The position numbers and the translations under genes are program-made. Shown here one piece after another: positions 26,418 to 35,813 of a DNA stretch of 64,000 bases (position 1 is its first letter; each line of letters begins with the position of its first letter). The DNA is from an uncultured bacterium (GTDB lineage: Bacteria; Oederibacteriota; JAAXVQ01; JAUVAV01), in assembly GCA_963710755.1 (NCBI GenBank), contig CAVQBK010000013.1:256001-320000 (forward strand), in the 5' to 3' direction. The notes under the pieces are model-generated. The model did no database searches and had not been told where the DNA came from. It saw only the letters and a list, made by a program, of their open reading frames with translations.

Positions 26418-27989
26418 CTAATGCATGCCCCCCATCACCAAATTGATATAGTGGCTCTGATCCAGCAACGCTGTGACTGCCGGTCTAACCAGGTGATCAA
26501 TCACCACATTGGGGAACAAACCGCCCAGCACCACCAACACCGCCAGCACCCCCATAGCGGCCAACATGGGTTTGGGTACCTCTTTAGTCTCCCCCAATGC
26601 CGGCTGCTTTGGTCCCATAAACATGGAATGAAACACTTTCATAAAGGAGGCCAGCGTCAGAATACTGACCACAATGGCCACGATAGCCAGAAAGGGATTA
26701 AAAAGAAAGACCGACTCATAAATGATCAACTTGGAGGCAAATCCATTAAAAGGCGGTACTCCGGCAATGGCCAGGGCGCCGATGATAAAAAAGACCATGG
26801 TACCTTTCATAGTGTGCCCCAGACCGCCCAATTCGTTGAGATTATATTTGCCGGTTCGGTAGATTACGGCTCCGGCTGTCAAAAACAGCAGGCCTTTATA
26901 GAGCGCATGATTAATGATATGAAAGATGCCGCCGACCATGGCCGTCTCCCCCACCGTCTTGAGCAGGTGCGGATTACCCAGCGTGGCCAAGCCTACGCCC
27001 ACACCCAGGAGCATATAACCTGATTGGGACACGGCGTGATAAGCCATTAGGCGCTTGACATCTTTTTGCGGCAGAGCCATGGTGACGCCGATAAACATGG
27101 AGAGCACGCCCAAAATAATGATTAGCCAGCCTATGGCTTCCACATTCATTTTGTAATTGAACAGGCTAAAGCACATCCTAAAAAGCACCGCCATACTGGC
27201 TTGGCTGGAGACAACCAAGAAGGCAGTAACGCTGGACGGTGCGCGCGAGTAGGCGTCCGGAGTCCAAAGATGCATAGGCACTGCCCCGCATTTCATGGCC
27301 ATGGGAATAATCAAAAGGACTAGTGCGATCATATCAATCTGGCTAAAGCGCAATCGGCTGGCAATAAGGGCAATATTAAGTGTGCCATACTGCGCATAAA
27401 GCAGGGCTACGCCCAGCAGAAAAAACAGCCCGCCCACCGTGCTGATCATGGCATACTTTAACCCCGCCTCTACGGCCAGCCCTTTTTCAATACGATACGC
27501 TACTAAACTGGCTCCGGCCAAAGAGGCAATCTCCAGGAATACGAAAAGATTGAACAAGTCGCCCGTACTTACCATACCGATCACCCCGGTGACCAGCAAC
27601 AACATGAGCGCATAAAAATAATTTTGACCGCTTGCCTTTTTCTCACTACTCATGGCATAGAGCATGCTCATCAGCCCCACCACCGAAGCGATGACAATCA
27701 TGAAGGCGCTGAAGGCGTCAATAGAAAAGATGATGCGAATGGGAATACCACCAGAGTCCAAAGGAATGGTCATCCCCGGCTGGCTGGCACCAAAAACATA
27801 GACCATAGGGCCATGGCTGACAACCAAGTAGGCCAGCCACAGACCGAAAGCACTGGTAATGGTCATCCCCAACAGGGCCAGACCGTTACGAATGTAACCG
27901 TTCCATCGTCCGACCAACGGCGTTAAAAAAGCAAAAATCAGTGGAACACCTATAAGCAAAGCGGGGAGATGATTTGACAAAACGCTCAT
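26418..27989 (-). CDS. mbhH: Mbh subunit H (MrpD/NuoM-like antiporter subunit)
   Basis: DLFNLFVFLE, EAGLKY, PMHLWTPDAY, KRLMAYH, HALYK, GVPPFNGF.SK. Confidence 0.9.
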   Translation of the reverse strand: MSVLSNHLPALLIGVPLIFAFLTPLVGRWNGYIRNGLALLGMTITSAFGLWLAYLVVSHGPMVYVFGASQPGMTIPLDSGGIPIRIIFSIDAFSAFMIVIASVVGLMSMLYAMSSEKKASGQNYFYALMLLLVTGVIGMVSTGDLFNLFVFLEIASLAGASLVAYRIEKGLAVEAGLKYAMISTVGGLFFLLGVALLYAQYGTLNIALIASRLRFSQIDMIALVLLIIPMAMKCGAVPMHLWTPDAYSRAPSSVTAFLVVSSQASMAVLFRMCFSLFNYKMNVEAIGWLIIILGVLSMFIGVTMALPQKDVKRLMAYHAVSQSGYMLLGVGVGLATLGNPHLLKTVGETAMVGGIFHIINHALYKGLLFLTAGAVIYRTGKYNLNELGGLGHTMKGTMVFFIIGALAIAGVPPFNGFASKLIIYESVFLFNPFLAIVAIVVSILTLASFMKVFHSMFMGPKQPALGETKEVPKPMLAAMGVLAVLVVLGGLFPNVVIDHLVRPAVTALLDQSHYINLVMGGMH

Positions 27990-27991
27990 TA

Positions 27992-28336
27992 TCAACCCTG
28001 CAACTTTCTGATATTTTGCACGTTCAAGGTCTTGTAACGCTTATAAATGACCATACTGAATGAAAGCAGCAGGGCCAAGGTGGCCACGCCAATGACGATC
28101 GACGTCAGGGTCAAGGCTTGTACCGTGGGCAACACCATGATGCCTTTGGGGGCGCTGGTAAAAATGGGGGCGATCCCATCCTGTCGGTAGCCAATAGCCA
28201 CCAAAAACAGGTTAACCGCCGACTCCAGGATACCCAGTCCCAGAATGATTTTAATAATATTTTTTCTGAACACCATGGTCATCAAGCCAATGATGGCCAG
28301 AATTCCAATGATCAAGAAAGGCAAATTAATCATCAT
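27992..28336 (-). CDS. mbhG: Mbh subunit G (MrpC-like)
   Basis: KNIIK, QAL.LTSIVIG. Confidence 0.88.
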   Translation of the reverse strand: MMINLPFLIIGILAIIGLMTMVFRKNIIKIILGLGILESAVNLFLVAIGYRQDGIAPIFTSAPKGIMVLPTVQALTLTSIVIGVATLALLLSFSMVIYKRYKTLNVQNIRKLQG

Positions 28337-28337
28337 G

Positions 28338-28805
28338 TTAACGGTTTTCTCCATCCCCGGCGCCAAATGAAATCATGTAGAAAATAATCATGGAGAGCGC
28401 ACCCAGCACTTCCAGTCCTACTGCCATATTCAACACCGGAATTAAACCACCTGTATTGAGTTGCCCGCCATTAGGTCCAAAAGCCACTGCCTGACCGAAC
28501 AGACCGGCGCCGTTGGCCAGCCAGTTGGTCATGAAGCTTTTACCTGCCAGAATACCACCCAGGCCGAGCAGGCCAAAAATGAGCAGGCCCAACAATTCGC
28601 AAACATTGAAAATGACCTGTCTGAATTTCTTTTGGATTTCGGCATGACGATTGGCCACCACCATCAGGGCAATGCCGGTAGCAATCACCGCACCGCCTTG
28701 AAAACCACCGCCCGGAGTAAGATGGCCGTGGATCACCACATAAAACCCGAAGATCAACACAAAGGGATAGAGGAAATCAGCTGCCGAACGAATGATTTTG
28801 GTCAT
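28338..28805 (-). CDS. mbhF: Mbh subunit F (MrpB/MnhB domain)
   Basis: HGHLTPGGGFQGG, N.AVGLEV. Confidence 0.9.
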   Translation of the reverse strand: MTKIIRSAADFLYPFVLIFGFYVVIHGHLTPGGGFQGGAVIATGIALMVVANRHAEIQKKFRQVIFNVCELLGLLIFGLLGLGGILAGKSFMTNWLANGAGLFGQAVAFGPNGGQLNTGGLIPVLNMAVGLEVLGALSMIIFYMISFGAGDGENR

Positions 28806-29089
28806 GCCCGGTCCTCCTCATCTTCGCGCAAGCGCCGAAACACCATGCCTACACCCAAGACCACCACAAACAATACGGTGGCTTCACCCAGCGTATCAAA
28901 GCCTCTGAAATCAAACACCACCGCCGTAACCACGTTGTTGGTGGCCGCCTCTTTTTGGCTCTTGGCAATAAAGTAATCATCCATCTGCGTTTGCGCCGGA
29001 TGCCCAAAATGAATGGTTTTATTGACCGTCAGGCTCAGGAACATGCCGCTGAGTGTAAAAACAATGGCCGCAATCAACGCCCCTCTCAT
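28802..29089 (-). CDS. mbhE: Mbh subunit E
   Basis: N.VTAVVFDFRGFDTLGEATVLF. Confidence 0.88.
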   Translation of the reverse strand: MRGALIAAIVFTLSGMFLSLTVNKTIHFGHPAQTQMDDYFIAKSQKEAATNNVVTAVVFDFRGFDTLGEATVLFVVVLGVGMVFRRLREDEEDRA

Positions 29090-29340
29090 TTGGTATCGAT
29101 CTCCCTTCTGGTGGTGCTGCGTACGGCAATCATAAGGATCGCCGTGGTCAGACCCGCTCCAATTCCGGCTTCCGCAATGGCCACATCGGGAGCTTGTAAA
29201 ATATAATATTCTGCGGCAGTTAAAAAACTAAAGGCCGCAAAGGCAATGGACGCATGAAGCAAATCTTTTAAATAAAAGACCATCAAGGCCGCACTGACCA
29301 ACCCGACCAAAATCAGCGCTTGGATGAAAAAGGCGATCAT
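29086..29340 (-). CDS. mbhD: Mbh subunit D (DUF4040)
   Basis: APDVAIAEAGIGAG. Confidence 0.88.
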   Translation of the reverse strand: MIAFFIQALILVGLVSAALMVFYLKDLLHASIAFAAFSFLTAAEYYILQAPDVAIAEAGIGAGLTTAILMIAVRSTTRREIDTK

Positions 29341-29341
29341 G

Positions 29342-29722
29342 TCAGGCCTCCTCTTTCTTCAGAGATGGCTGTTTCTCAGCCAGATGATCCACCACGGCCG
29401 GCTGTGGCCGCTGGCCGCGACTGTAGGCCGCATGGGCAATGGCATGGGATCCGGTAGCATTGGTAAAGCCCAGCACCACAATGGCGATCAAGGCATGAAT
29501 ACTAAGAGAAAGCATAGCTGGATCTTGGCTTTGATGATAATGCACAAAACCGAAAAGGGTAATAGCCAGAGCAATAAAGATCGAACCAAAGGTGGTGGTT
29601 TTAGTTTCCGCATGCAGACGGGTATAGACGTCGGGAAAACGGAGCAGTCCCAAAATGCCCACGATGTTGAAAAACAGGCCGATGGCTACAAACACATAAA
29701 GGATAATCGTCACCAGATTCAT
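29342..29722 (-). CDS. mbhC: Mbh subunit C (MrpG-like)
   Basis: GLLRFPDVYTRLHA.TK, SHAIA.AAY. Confidence 0.9.
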   Translation of the reverse strand: MNLVTIILYVFVAIGLFFNIVGILGLLRFPDVYTRLHAETKTTTFGSIFIALAITLFGFVHYHQSQDPAMLSLSIHALIAIVVLGFTNATGSHAIAHAAYSRGQRPQPAVVDHLAEKQPSLKKEEA

Positions 29723-29982
29723 TACCGGTAATCCCTTTCCAGGAATCGCGCCAAATAGAGGGTCCCTACAAACGACAGGAGCGCGTAAACAATGGCCACA
29801 TCAATAAAAATCGCCTGACGGTACACGGCCGCCAGGAGCACCATAATGGCTACGACCAAGGTGTTGAGCGCATCCAGAGCCACCACCCGGTCAGGTGCGG
29901 TCGGCCCCAAGACCATACGTATCAAGGCCCCCAGCACCAGTACTGCCAGAATGATAACCGCCACAGACCAGATCATTGTCAT
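29722..29982 (-). CDS. mbhB: Mbh subunit B (MrpF-like)
   Basis: GPT.PDRVVALD, DVAIVYALLSFVGT; ATGA overlap with mbhA. Confidence 0.9.
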   Translation of the reverse strand: MTMIWSVAVIILAVLVLGALIRMVLGPTAPDRVVALDALNTLVVAIMVLLAAVYRQAIFIDVAIVYALLSFVGTLYLARFLERDYR

Positions 29983-30494
29983 TCGGCAATTCTCCTTACC
30001 CAGGCGGAAAGATCGAACATGCTGAACAGATCTTTGCCCTGCCAAGTGGTTTTGGTTTCTTCGCCTTGGGGAACATTGAGTAAATGCACATAGAGGTCGT
30101 TTGTCTCATCGTCCACGGTTACCGTAAGAGTCCCCGGGGTGAGGGTAATGGAATTGGCCAGGAGCATAGTGCCGAAATCGGACTTGGTGCCCGGTGTATA
30201 TTTAACCAGCCCCGGTCTGATTTTGCCGGTCAAGACCCGCAGGGCTACGTCAATATTGGCTTTGGTCAATTCCAGGAAAAAAGGCACGGCGATATAAATC
30301 AGAAAGAAAAAAGCACGGAGGGGGTTGCGTTTCAACTTGTCATCACGGAAATGGAACCCTTTGCTAATGATAGCCACAATCAGGGACAATAATGCTCCGG
30401 CTACCAACTCATCACGATTCCAGGACCCGGCGGTAAACACCAGGTAGGCAAGAAAGCTTGTAATCGCAGTAATGATAAAGGCCATAGTGATCAT
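29979..30494 (-). CDS. mbhA: Mbh subunit A (MrpE-like)
   Basis: KANIDVA, LANSITLTPGTLT, LYVH. Confidence 0.9.
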   Translation of the reverse strand: MITMAFIITAITSFLAYLVFTAGSWNRDELVAGALLSLIVAIISKGFHFRDDKLKRNPLRAFFFLIYIAVPFFLELTKANIDVALRVLTGKIRPGLVKYTPGTKSDFGTMLLANSITLTPGTLTVTVDDETNDLYVHLLNVPQGEETKTTWQGKDLFSMFDLSAWVRRIAE

Positions 30495-30615
30495 CCATGC
30501 TTTCTGTTTGAATAAGGATCAAGTGAGCCGCATTGATTCTCAAAGGAGGCAGAACGAATAAAATGACAGGACGCCGTCCGTATCATTCAGCACCGGATCG
30601 TTTTAAACAGCCGAT

Positions 30616-30644
30616 AAAATACAAAAAGTAGAACACTTTGTCAA
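30616..30644 (-). promoter_or_regulatory. Candidate sigma70 promoter of the mbh operon
   Basis: TTGACA-N17-TATTTT on minus, about 120 bp upstream of mbhA. Confidence 0.55.
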
Positions 30645-30773
30645 TAATAAACTGATATCCAATCAACGATACCATTTGATGCTAGCGCCATAGCTGAGTA
30701 TTAAGTCCTGTCTTGACCAGGCGCCCGTGCAAAATGCCCTCGTGCCATCCGGTGCTGATTTCTTACTAGCACA

Positions 30774-30810
30774 AAAAAAAGAGGCACGATCTCAAGACCG
30801 TGCCTCTTTT
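30774..30810. terminator. Intrinsic terminator (possibly bidirectional)
   Basis: A7-GAGGCACG-N-CGTGCCTC-T4, just after the lipoprotein gene. Confidence 0.85.
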
Positions 30811-30823
30811 AACCATCAGCTAA

Positions 30824-31135
30824 TTATTCTGCATCACTCTTGCTGGAATCATCCTCGTCACTGACATTAAGATATTTATCCAAGCCTTGCACGGATACGC
30901 TGCCGTTCTCAATTTTGACGGATGCATCACCGGTGTTGACATTGACATTGCCGCCGTTCACGTCCACTGTGGAATCGCCGCTGGTCACGTTGACATGCCC
31001 ATTGGGATCAACGGTGGTTGACCCTTCGGTGGTCTGCACATTAATGCCCCCCTGGCTGTTGTCTGCGGTTTTACTGGCGCAGGCGGTCATGCCCACCATT
31101 GCTGCTAAAATCATGATCCACATCACTTGCTTCAT
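30824..31135 (-). CDS. Small predicted lipoprotein with beta-rich repeats
   Basis: MK + hydrophobic stretch + MTAC lipobox; repeats such as GHVNVTSGDSTV and GNVNVNTGDASV; GAGGAGG RBS. Confidence 0.75.
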   Translation of the reverse strand: MKQVMWIMILAAMVGMTACASKTADNSQGGINVQTTEGSTTVDPNGHVNVTSGDSTVDVNGGNVNVNTGDASVKIENGSVSVQGLDKYLNVSDEDDSSKSDAE

Positions 31136-31200
31136 TACTGATCCTCCTCATGTTTCTCTTTAGGGCAAGTCCCCCTAAATGGAAATTACCCGGCAGATCA

Positions 31201-32631
31201 TCAATATCTATAGTGTTCCGGTTTATAAGGGCCTTCCACCGGCACTCCAATATAATCTGCCTGGGGTTTAGATAATTGCGTAAGTTTAACACCGATTTTT
31301 TCCAAATGCAAGCGGGCGACTTCTTCATCCAATTGTTTGGGCAGGCGATAAACGTCGACTTTATAGCTATCTTTGTTCTTCCATAACTCTATTTGAGCCA
31401 GGGTTTGGTTGGAGAAGGAATTGGACATGACAAAAGACGGATGACCGGTGGCGCAGCCCAGATTAACCAAGCGTCCTTCCGCCAGCAGAAATACCGCATG
31501 GCCGTCCTCGTAGACATATTTATCCACCTGGGGCTTAATATTGATTTTGTTCACACCGGTCCATTGATTGAGGCGGTCCACTTGGATTTCATTATCAAAG
31601 TGGCCGATGTTGCAGACAATGGCTTGATCCTTCATCTTAGCCATATGCTCGGCGGTGATGATGTCCCGGTTACCAGTGGCCGTGACATAGATGTCTGCTT
31701 TGCCCAGCGTGGCCTCCACGTTGGTGACTTCAAACCCTTCCATGGCGGCCTGCAAAGCGCAGATGGGATCGATTTCCGTCACGATCACCCGGGCCCCAAA
31801 ACCACGCATGGATTGGGCGCAGCCCTTGCCCACATCTCCATAACCGCAGACCACCACGACCTTGCCGGCCACCATAACATCCGTGGCGCGTTTGATGCCG
31901 TCTGCCAGAGATTCGCGACAACCGTATAAATTGTCGAATTTGGACTTGGTCACCGAGTCGTTGACGTTCATGGCCGGTACCAGCAGCTTCTTTTCCTCCA
32001 ACATCTGGTAAAGCCGATGGACGCCAGTGGTGGTTTCCTCAGATACCCCTTTCCATTCCCCGACCAGGCGGTGCCAGTACTGGCTGTCCTGTTGATTGAC
32101 TTTTTTCAGCAAGCTTTTAATCACATCTTCTTCATAAGCAGACGAGGGGGTGTTAACCCAATCGGAACCATTTTCCAATTCATAACCGCGATGAATCAAC
32201 AAAGTGGCATCGCCGCCGTCATCCACAATAAGTTGGGGGCCTTTGCCTCCGGGGAAGGTCAACGCCCGATAAGTGCACGCCCAATAGTCTTCCAACGTCT
32301 CCCCTTTCCAGGCAAACACAGGTGTCTTGGTCTGGGCAATGGCGGCGGCAGCATGATCTTGGGTGGAAAAGATATTGCACGATGCCCAGCGGACATCAGC
32401 CCCCAAGGCTTTCAGGGTCTCGATTAGTACTGCCGTTTGGATGGTCATATGCAGCGAACCGGAGATGCGTACACCTTGCAGAGGTTTTTCCTCGGCATAT
32501 TTCTCGCGAATGGCCACCAAGCCGGGCATTTCCTTTTCCGCAATCTCAATTTCCTTGCGGCCCCAGTCCACCAGGCCCATATCGGCCACCACAAAAGGGT
32601 CATCCCCAAACAATTCTATTTTTGTCGTCAT
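31201..32631 (-). CDS. ahcY: Adenosylhomocysteinase
   Basis: [48 protein letters not shown]-terminal HYRY. Confidence 0.98.
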   Translation of the reverse strand: MTTKIELFGDDPFVVADMGLVDWGRKEIEIAEKEMPGLVAIREKYAEEKPLQGVRISGSLHMTIQTAVLIETLKALGADVRWASCNIFSTQDHAAAAIAQTKTPVFAWKGETLEDYWACTYRALTFPGGKGPQLIVDDGGDATLLIHRGYELENGSDWVNTPSSAYEEDVIKSLLKKVNQQDSQYWHRLVGEWKGVSEETTTGVHRLYQMLEEKKLLVPAMNVNDSVTKSKFDNLYGCRESLADGIKRATDVMVAGKVVVVCGYGDVGKGCAQSMRGFGARVIVTEIDPICALQAAMEGFEVTNVEATLGKADIYVTATGNRDIITAEHMAKMKDQAIVCNIGHFDNEIQVDRLNQWTGVNKINIKPQVDKYVYEDGHAVFLLAEGRLVNLGCATGHPSFVMSNSFSNQTLAQIELWKNKDSYKVDVYRLPKQLDEEVARLHLEKIGVKLTQLSKPQADYIGVPVEGPYKPEHYRY

Positions 32632-32887
32632 GCTTGCACTCTCCTCATGGTCATAGTCTTGGGGTTTTGATCACGGTTCAAGAGTCCTCTCGGCGCCCCA
32701 AGGCGCCCTATGATAGCATAAAGCCTGTCTGATGACAGCCTTCTTTTTCCCGACCTATGCCGGTAGCAGAGCGGCCGCATTTATTTTTAATGCAATGCCC
32801 GGGAACATTACATATAATAAAAAATCATGTTCCCGCCAGACGGGGCGCCGATTAAATCCCAAGTCTATGCTCAGAAAGGATTTGTTT

Positions 32888-33733
32888 ATGCCAGAACCGA
32901 TGTACTGGGTCGATCGTCTCAATCCGGTGTTACTCCATATTTACGGGCCCTTCGCCATCCGTTATTACGGGTTGGCTTACATTCTGGGATTTGTGTTTGC
33001 TTATTGGTTGATGAAGAAATTGATTAAGGCGGGTGTGCTCAATCTGGACAAAGACGCCTTGTCCAACAGTTTTACAGTCCTGATTCTGGGCGTGTTTCTC
33101 GGAGGCCGGTTGGGTTATTGCCTGTTTTACGGACTGCATCAGTTTCTGTCCAACCCCTTGTTCTTTTTTAAAATATGGGAAGGCGGCATGTCCAGCCATG
33201 GCGGCTTTATCGGCGTGTTTTTGGCAGCCTGGTGGGTTTCCAAAAAATACCATGTCCCCTATTTAAGGTTGATCGATGTGCTGGCGGCCCTTACCCCCAT
33301 GGGACTGATGCTGGGTAGGATCGCCAATTTTATCAACGGCGAGTTATGGGGCAAAGTCACGACAGTACCATGGGGAGTGATTTTTCCCAACAGCATGCCG
33401 CCCGGCACGCCCATCAGCGCCATTCCGCCCCGTCACCCGTCTCAACTATACGAAGCCGCCTTGGAGGGCCTGCTGCTGCTCATCTATACCCAGTGGCGTC
33501 TTTGGCGCACCCAAGTGCTGGCCAAGCCCGGCCAGCTGGCCGGCGAATTTATTCTCCTTTATGCTTTGGTCCGGATTTTCAGTGAACAATTTCGTGAGCC
33601 TGATGCGGCTTTGATTCTGGGGCTGAGTCGGGGCGTTTTTTACAGCCTGTTTATGATCATGCTGGGGCTGGGCTTGATCTGGTGGGCCCGCTACCGGCAT
33701 AGCGGAGCGGCACAAGGAAAAAACGGAAAATAA
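32888..33733 (+). CDS. lgt: Prolipoprotein diacylglyceryl transferase
   Basis: RYYGL, GGRLGY, GGMSSHGG, GRIANFINGELWG, HPSQLYE. Confidence 0.97.
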   Translation: MPEPMYWVDRLNPVLLHIYGPFAIRYYGLAYILGFVFAYWLMKKLIKAGVLNLDKDALSNSFTVLILGVFLGGRLGYCLFYGLHQFLSNPLFFFKIWEGGMSSHGGFIGVFLAAWWVSKKYHVPYLRLIDVLAALTPMGLMLGRIANFINGELWGKVTTVPWGVIFPNSMPPGTPISAIPPRHPSQLYEAALEGLLLLIYTQWRLWRTQVLAKPGQLAGEFILLYALVRIFSEQFREPDAALILGLSRGVFYSLFMIMLGLGLIWWARYRHSGAAQGKNGK

Positions 33734-33773
33734 TTATCTCTCACATCGGCCGTAGTAACCGGGAAAAATACCG

Positions 33774-34547
33774 TCACCTTTTGAGTTCCAGGGTAATAGG
33801 ACAGTGGTCGGAGCCGTAAATATCCGTCCTAATGCCCGCATTCATGACCTGACTTTTCAAGTTGGGGCTGATAAAAAAATAGTCAATGCGCCAGCCTACA
33901 TTGCGTTCGCGCGCCCGCGTTTTATAATCCCACCAAGTGTATTGGTCCGGCTCAGGATGAAACAACCGAAAACTGTCCAGATAACCATGGTCCACCACTT
34001 GATCCAGCCAAGCCCGCTCCTGGGGCAAAAAGCCCGACCGCTCACTGTTCTCCTTGGGCCGGGCCAGATCAATCTCCTTGTGAGCCGTATTCACGTCGCC
34101 TCCAAAGATAATTTTCTTACCTTTGCGCTTGAGCTTGTCCATGGCCGCCAGAAAGGCCGCATAAAATTCCATCTTATAGGCCAGCCGCTCCGAAGACATT
34201 TGCCCATTGGGAAAATAAATGTTCAGCAGGATAAATGCTTCATATTCGGCCATGAGAATCCGGCCTTCCTGATCAAAACGCTTGTCGCCAAAGCTGTATT
34301 GCACGGACTTGGGCTTGAGTTTAGTATAGAGAGCCACCCCACTATAGCCTTTTTTCTGGGCTGCGGAAAAGTAAGATTCATACCCTTCCCACTGGGTAAT
34401 CGCAGAAGGCAATTGTTCGGGATGCGCTTTGGTTTCCTGAAGACAAAGGATATCGGGGGACGCTTGTTTCAAGGGTTCCAGGCCGCCCTTGGAGGCAACC
34501 GCCCTTATGCCATTGACATTCCATGACCAAATGGATAAGTGTTTCAT
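33774..34547 (-). CDS. xth: Exodeoxyribonuclease III / AP endonuclease
   Basis: SWNVNGIRA, CLQETK, GYSGVA, GDVN, GWRIDY, SDHCP. Confidence 0.96.
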   Translation of the reverse strand: MKHLSIWSWNVNGIRAVASKGGLEPLKQASPDILCLQETKAHPEQLPSAITQWEGYESYFSAAQKKGYSGVALYTKLKPKSVQYSFGDKRFDQEGRILMAEYEAFILLNIYFPNGQMSSERLAYKMEFYAAFLAAMDKLKRKGKKIIFGGDVNTAHKEIDLARPKENSERSGFLPQERAWLDQVVDHGYLDSFRLFHPEPDQYTWWDYKTRARERNVGWRIDYFFISPNLKSQVMNAGIRTDIYGSDHCPITLELKR

Positions 34548-34743
34548 TGGTGACCGCCTTACCCGCCTCCGGCCGGACACATGTCCAGCCTCCGCTGAAT
34601 AATTCCACTACCGGATCACCACTATACCCAATATCGATACGCCCCACAACTGTTAACTAATTTTTGTTGCGGAAAGGACAATTTCAGCTTATGCGAGTGG
34701 CAGGGATTGCGACCATACCTGTGAGCGTCAGAAAAATGCCTTC

Positions 34744-34793
34744 GTGAGGTACAGGCCACTTGGCCCGCGTATGCCGGGATGCCTGGACCCTAC
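34744..34793. repeat. Palindromic repeat family A copy 2
   Basis: GTGAGGTACAGGC-CACTTGGCCCGCGTATGCCGGGAT-GCCTGGACCCTAC. Confidence 0.8.
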
Positions 34794-34852
34794 ATGGCAA
34801 ACCGACGTCCGCCTAAGGCTGGTCACAAAAGCCAATCCTCAACAAGACCTAA

Positions 34853-35701
34853 CTAAAGCGCCTGCCAATTCTCTTCGGTGTGATCCAGGTCCGTTTGGAC
34901 CATCTCTGTCAGGGCGTTTAAATCGCTGCCGGTAAGACTCAGCCGCTGCAGGCTGCCCAAGTCCAATTCCAGAGCGTTCATGTCTGCAAAGGTTTTTTTT
35001 TGCTGGACGCACTTGGCAATGGCATCGGCCACATGCACGATATCCAACAGGTTGTCCTGGTGACGGCTGACTTCATGGTGAAAAGCAATGGCCTCTATTA
35101 TAGGCTGGGGCAAATGCCATTCCACGGCAATCTGCGCACCCACCTGGGTGTGATCCGTGCCCATGGCCTCTTTTTCCGCTTCAATATAACTGCATTGTTT
35201 TTCCGCACACAGAGATTCAATCATATCAATCAGGGATTCATGCCCCAGGCGCCGGCCTAACACAATCTTGCCCAGATCATGAATAAGCGCTGCCGTAAAG
35301 GCTGCCGGCGGAACCCGTTTTATTTTTTGCTTGTCCATGGCTTCCACAGCCAGGGCCGCGGCCACACTATGGCGCCACAATTCATGTTCCGGTATATTGT
35401 ATCCTGGCTGGGCCTTGTTCATAGGCCCCATCAAATGATAGCCAATGGCTAATTTAAGCACATTGGCTGAGCCCAGGCGCACCACCGCGGTTTGCACATT
35501 GTCAATGGCGTTCTGCGTCTGACTCCAGACGGAATTGGCCCATTTAAGCACATTGGCGGTCAACGGGGCATCCAGTTCAATAATTTGGCTAAATTCTTTG
35601 ACCGAGGAATCAGGATCAGCGACCAGTTGGGCCAGCCGAGCTACTGATTGTGGCAAGGGCGCCAAACATTTAATTTCCGACGGTTTTATGGGTCCGGACA
35701 T
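34853..35701 (-). CDS. HDOD domain protein
   Basis: PLP, D..LTANVLKWANS, AVVRLG, WRHS, ALIHDLGK, DH..VG..IA..W.LP, HH. Confidence 0.92.
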   Translation of the reverse strand: MSGPIKPSEIKCLAPLPQSVARLAQLVADPDSSVKEFSQIIELDAPLTANVLKWANSVWSQTQNAIDNVQTAVVRLGSANVLKLAIGYHLMGPMNKAQPGYNIPEHELWRHSVAAALAVEAMDKQKIKRVPPAAFTAALIHDLGKIVLGRRLGHESLIDMIESLCAEKQCSYIEAEKEAMGTDHTQVGAQIAVEWHLPQPIIEAIAFHHEVSRHQDNLLDIVHVADAIAKCVQQKKTFADMNALELDLGSLQRLSLTGSDLNALTEMVQTDLDHTEENWQAL

Positions 35702-35813
35702 GCGCTTTCCTTATTATCCATTATGACTTGATTTCTGGAGCAACTGCACCTACTATTAGGATCGGCTTGAGCCTCATATTTCTGGAGAATAAACCAGCTT
35801 AAATGGAAGGGTT

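Noticed and set aside
21966-30494. Calling the cluster complex I (nuo), a standalone Mrp antiporter, or Mbs/Mbx
   Set aside because: The large subunit keeps both CxxC Ni-binding motifs and a processing tail, there is only one H subunit, and a maturation protease is adjacent.
32632-32830. SAH or SAM riboswitch upstream of ahcY
   Set aside because: Small hairpins are present, but the SAH (GAGGAGCG...AGGCTC) and SAM-I core motifs are absent.
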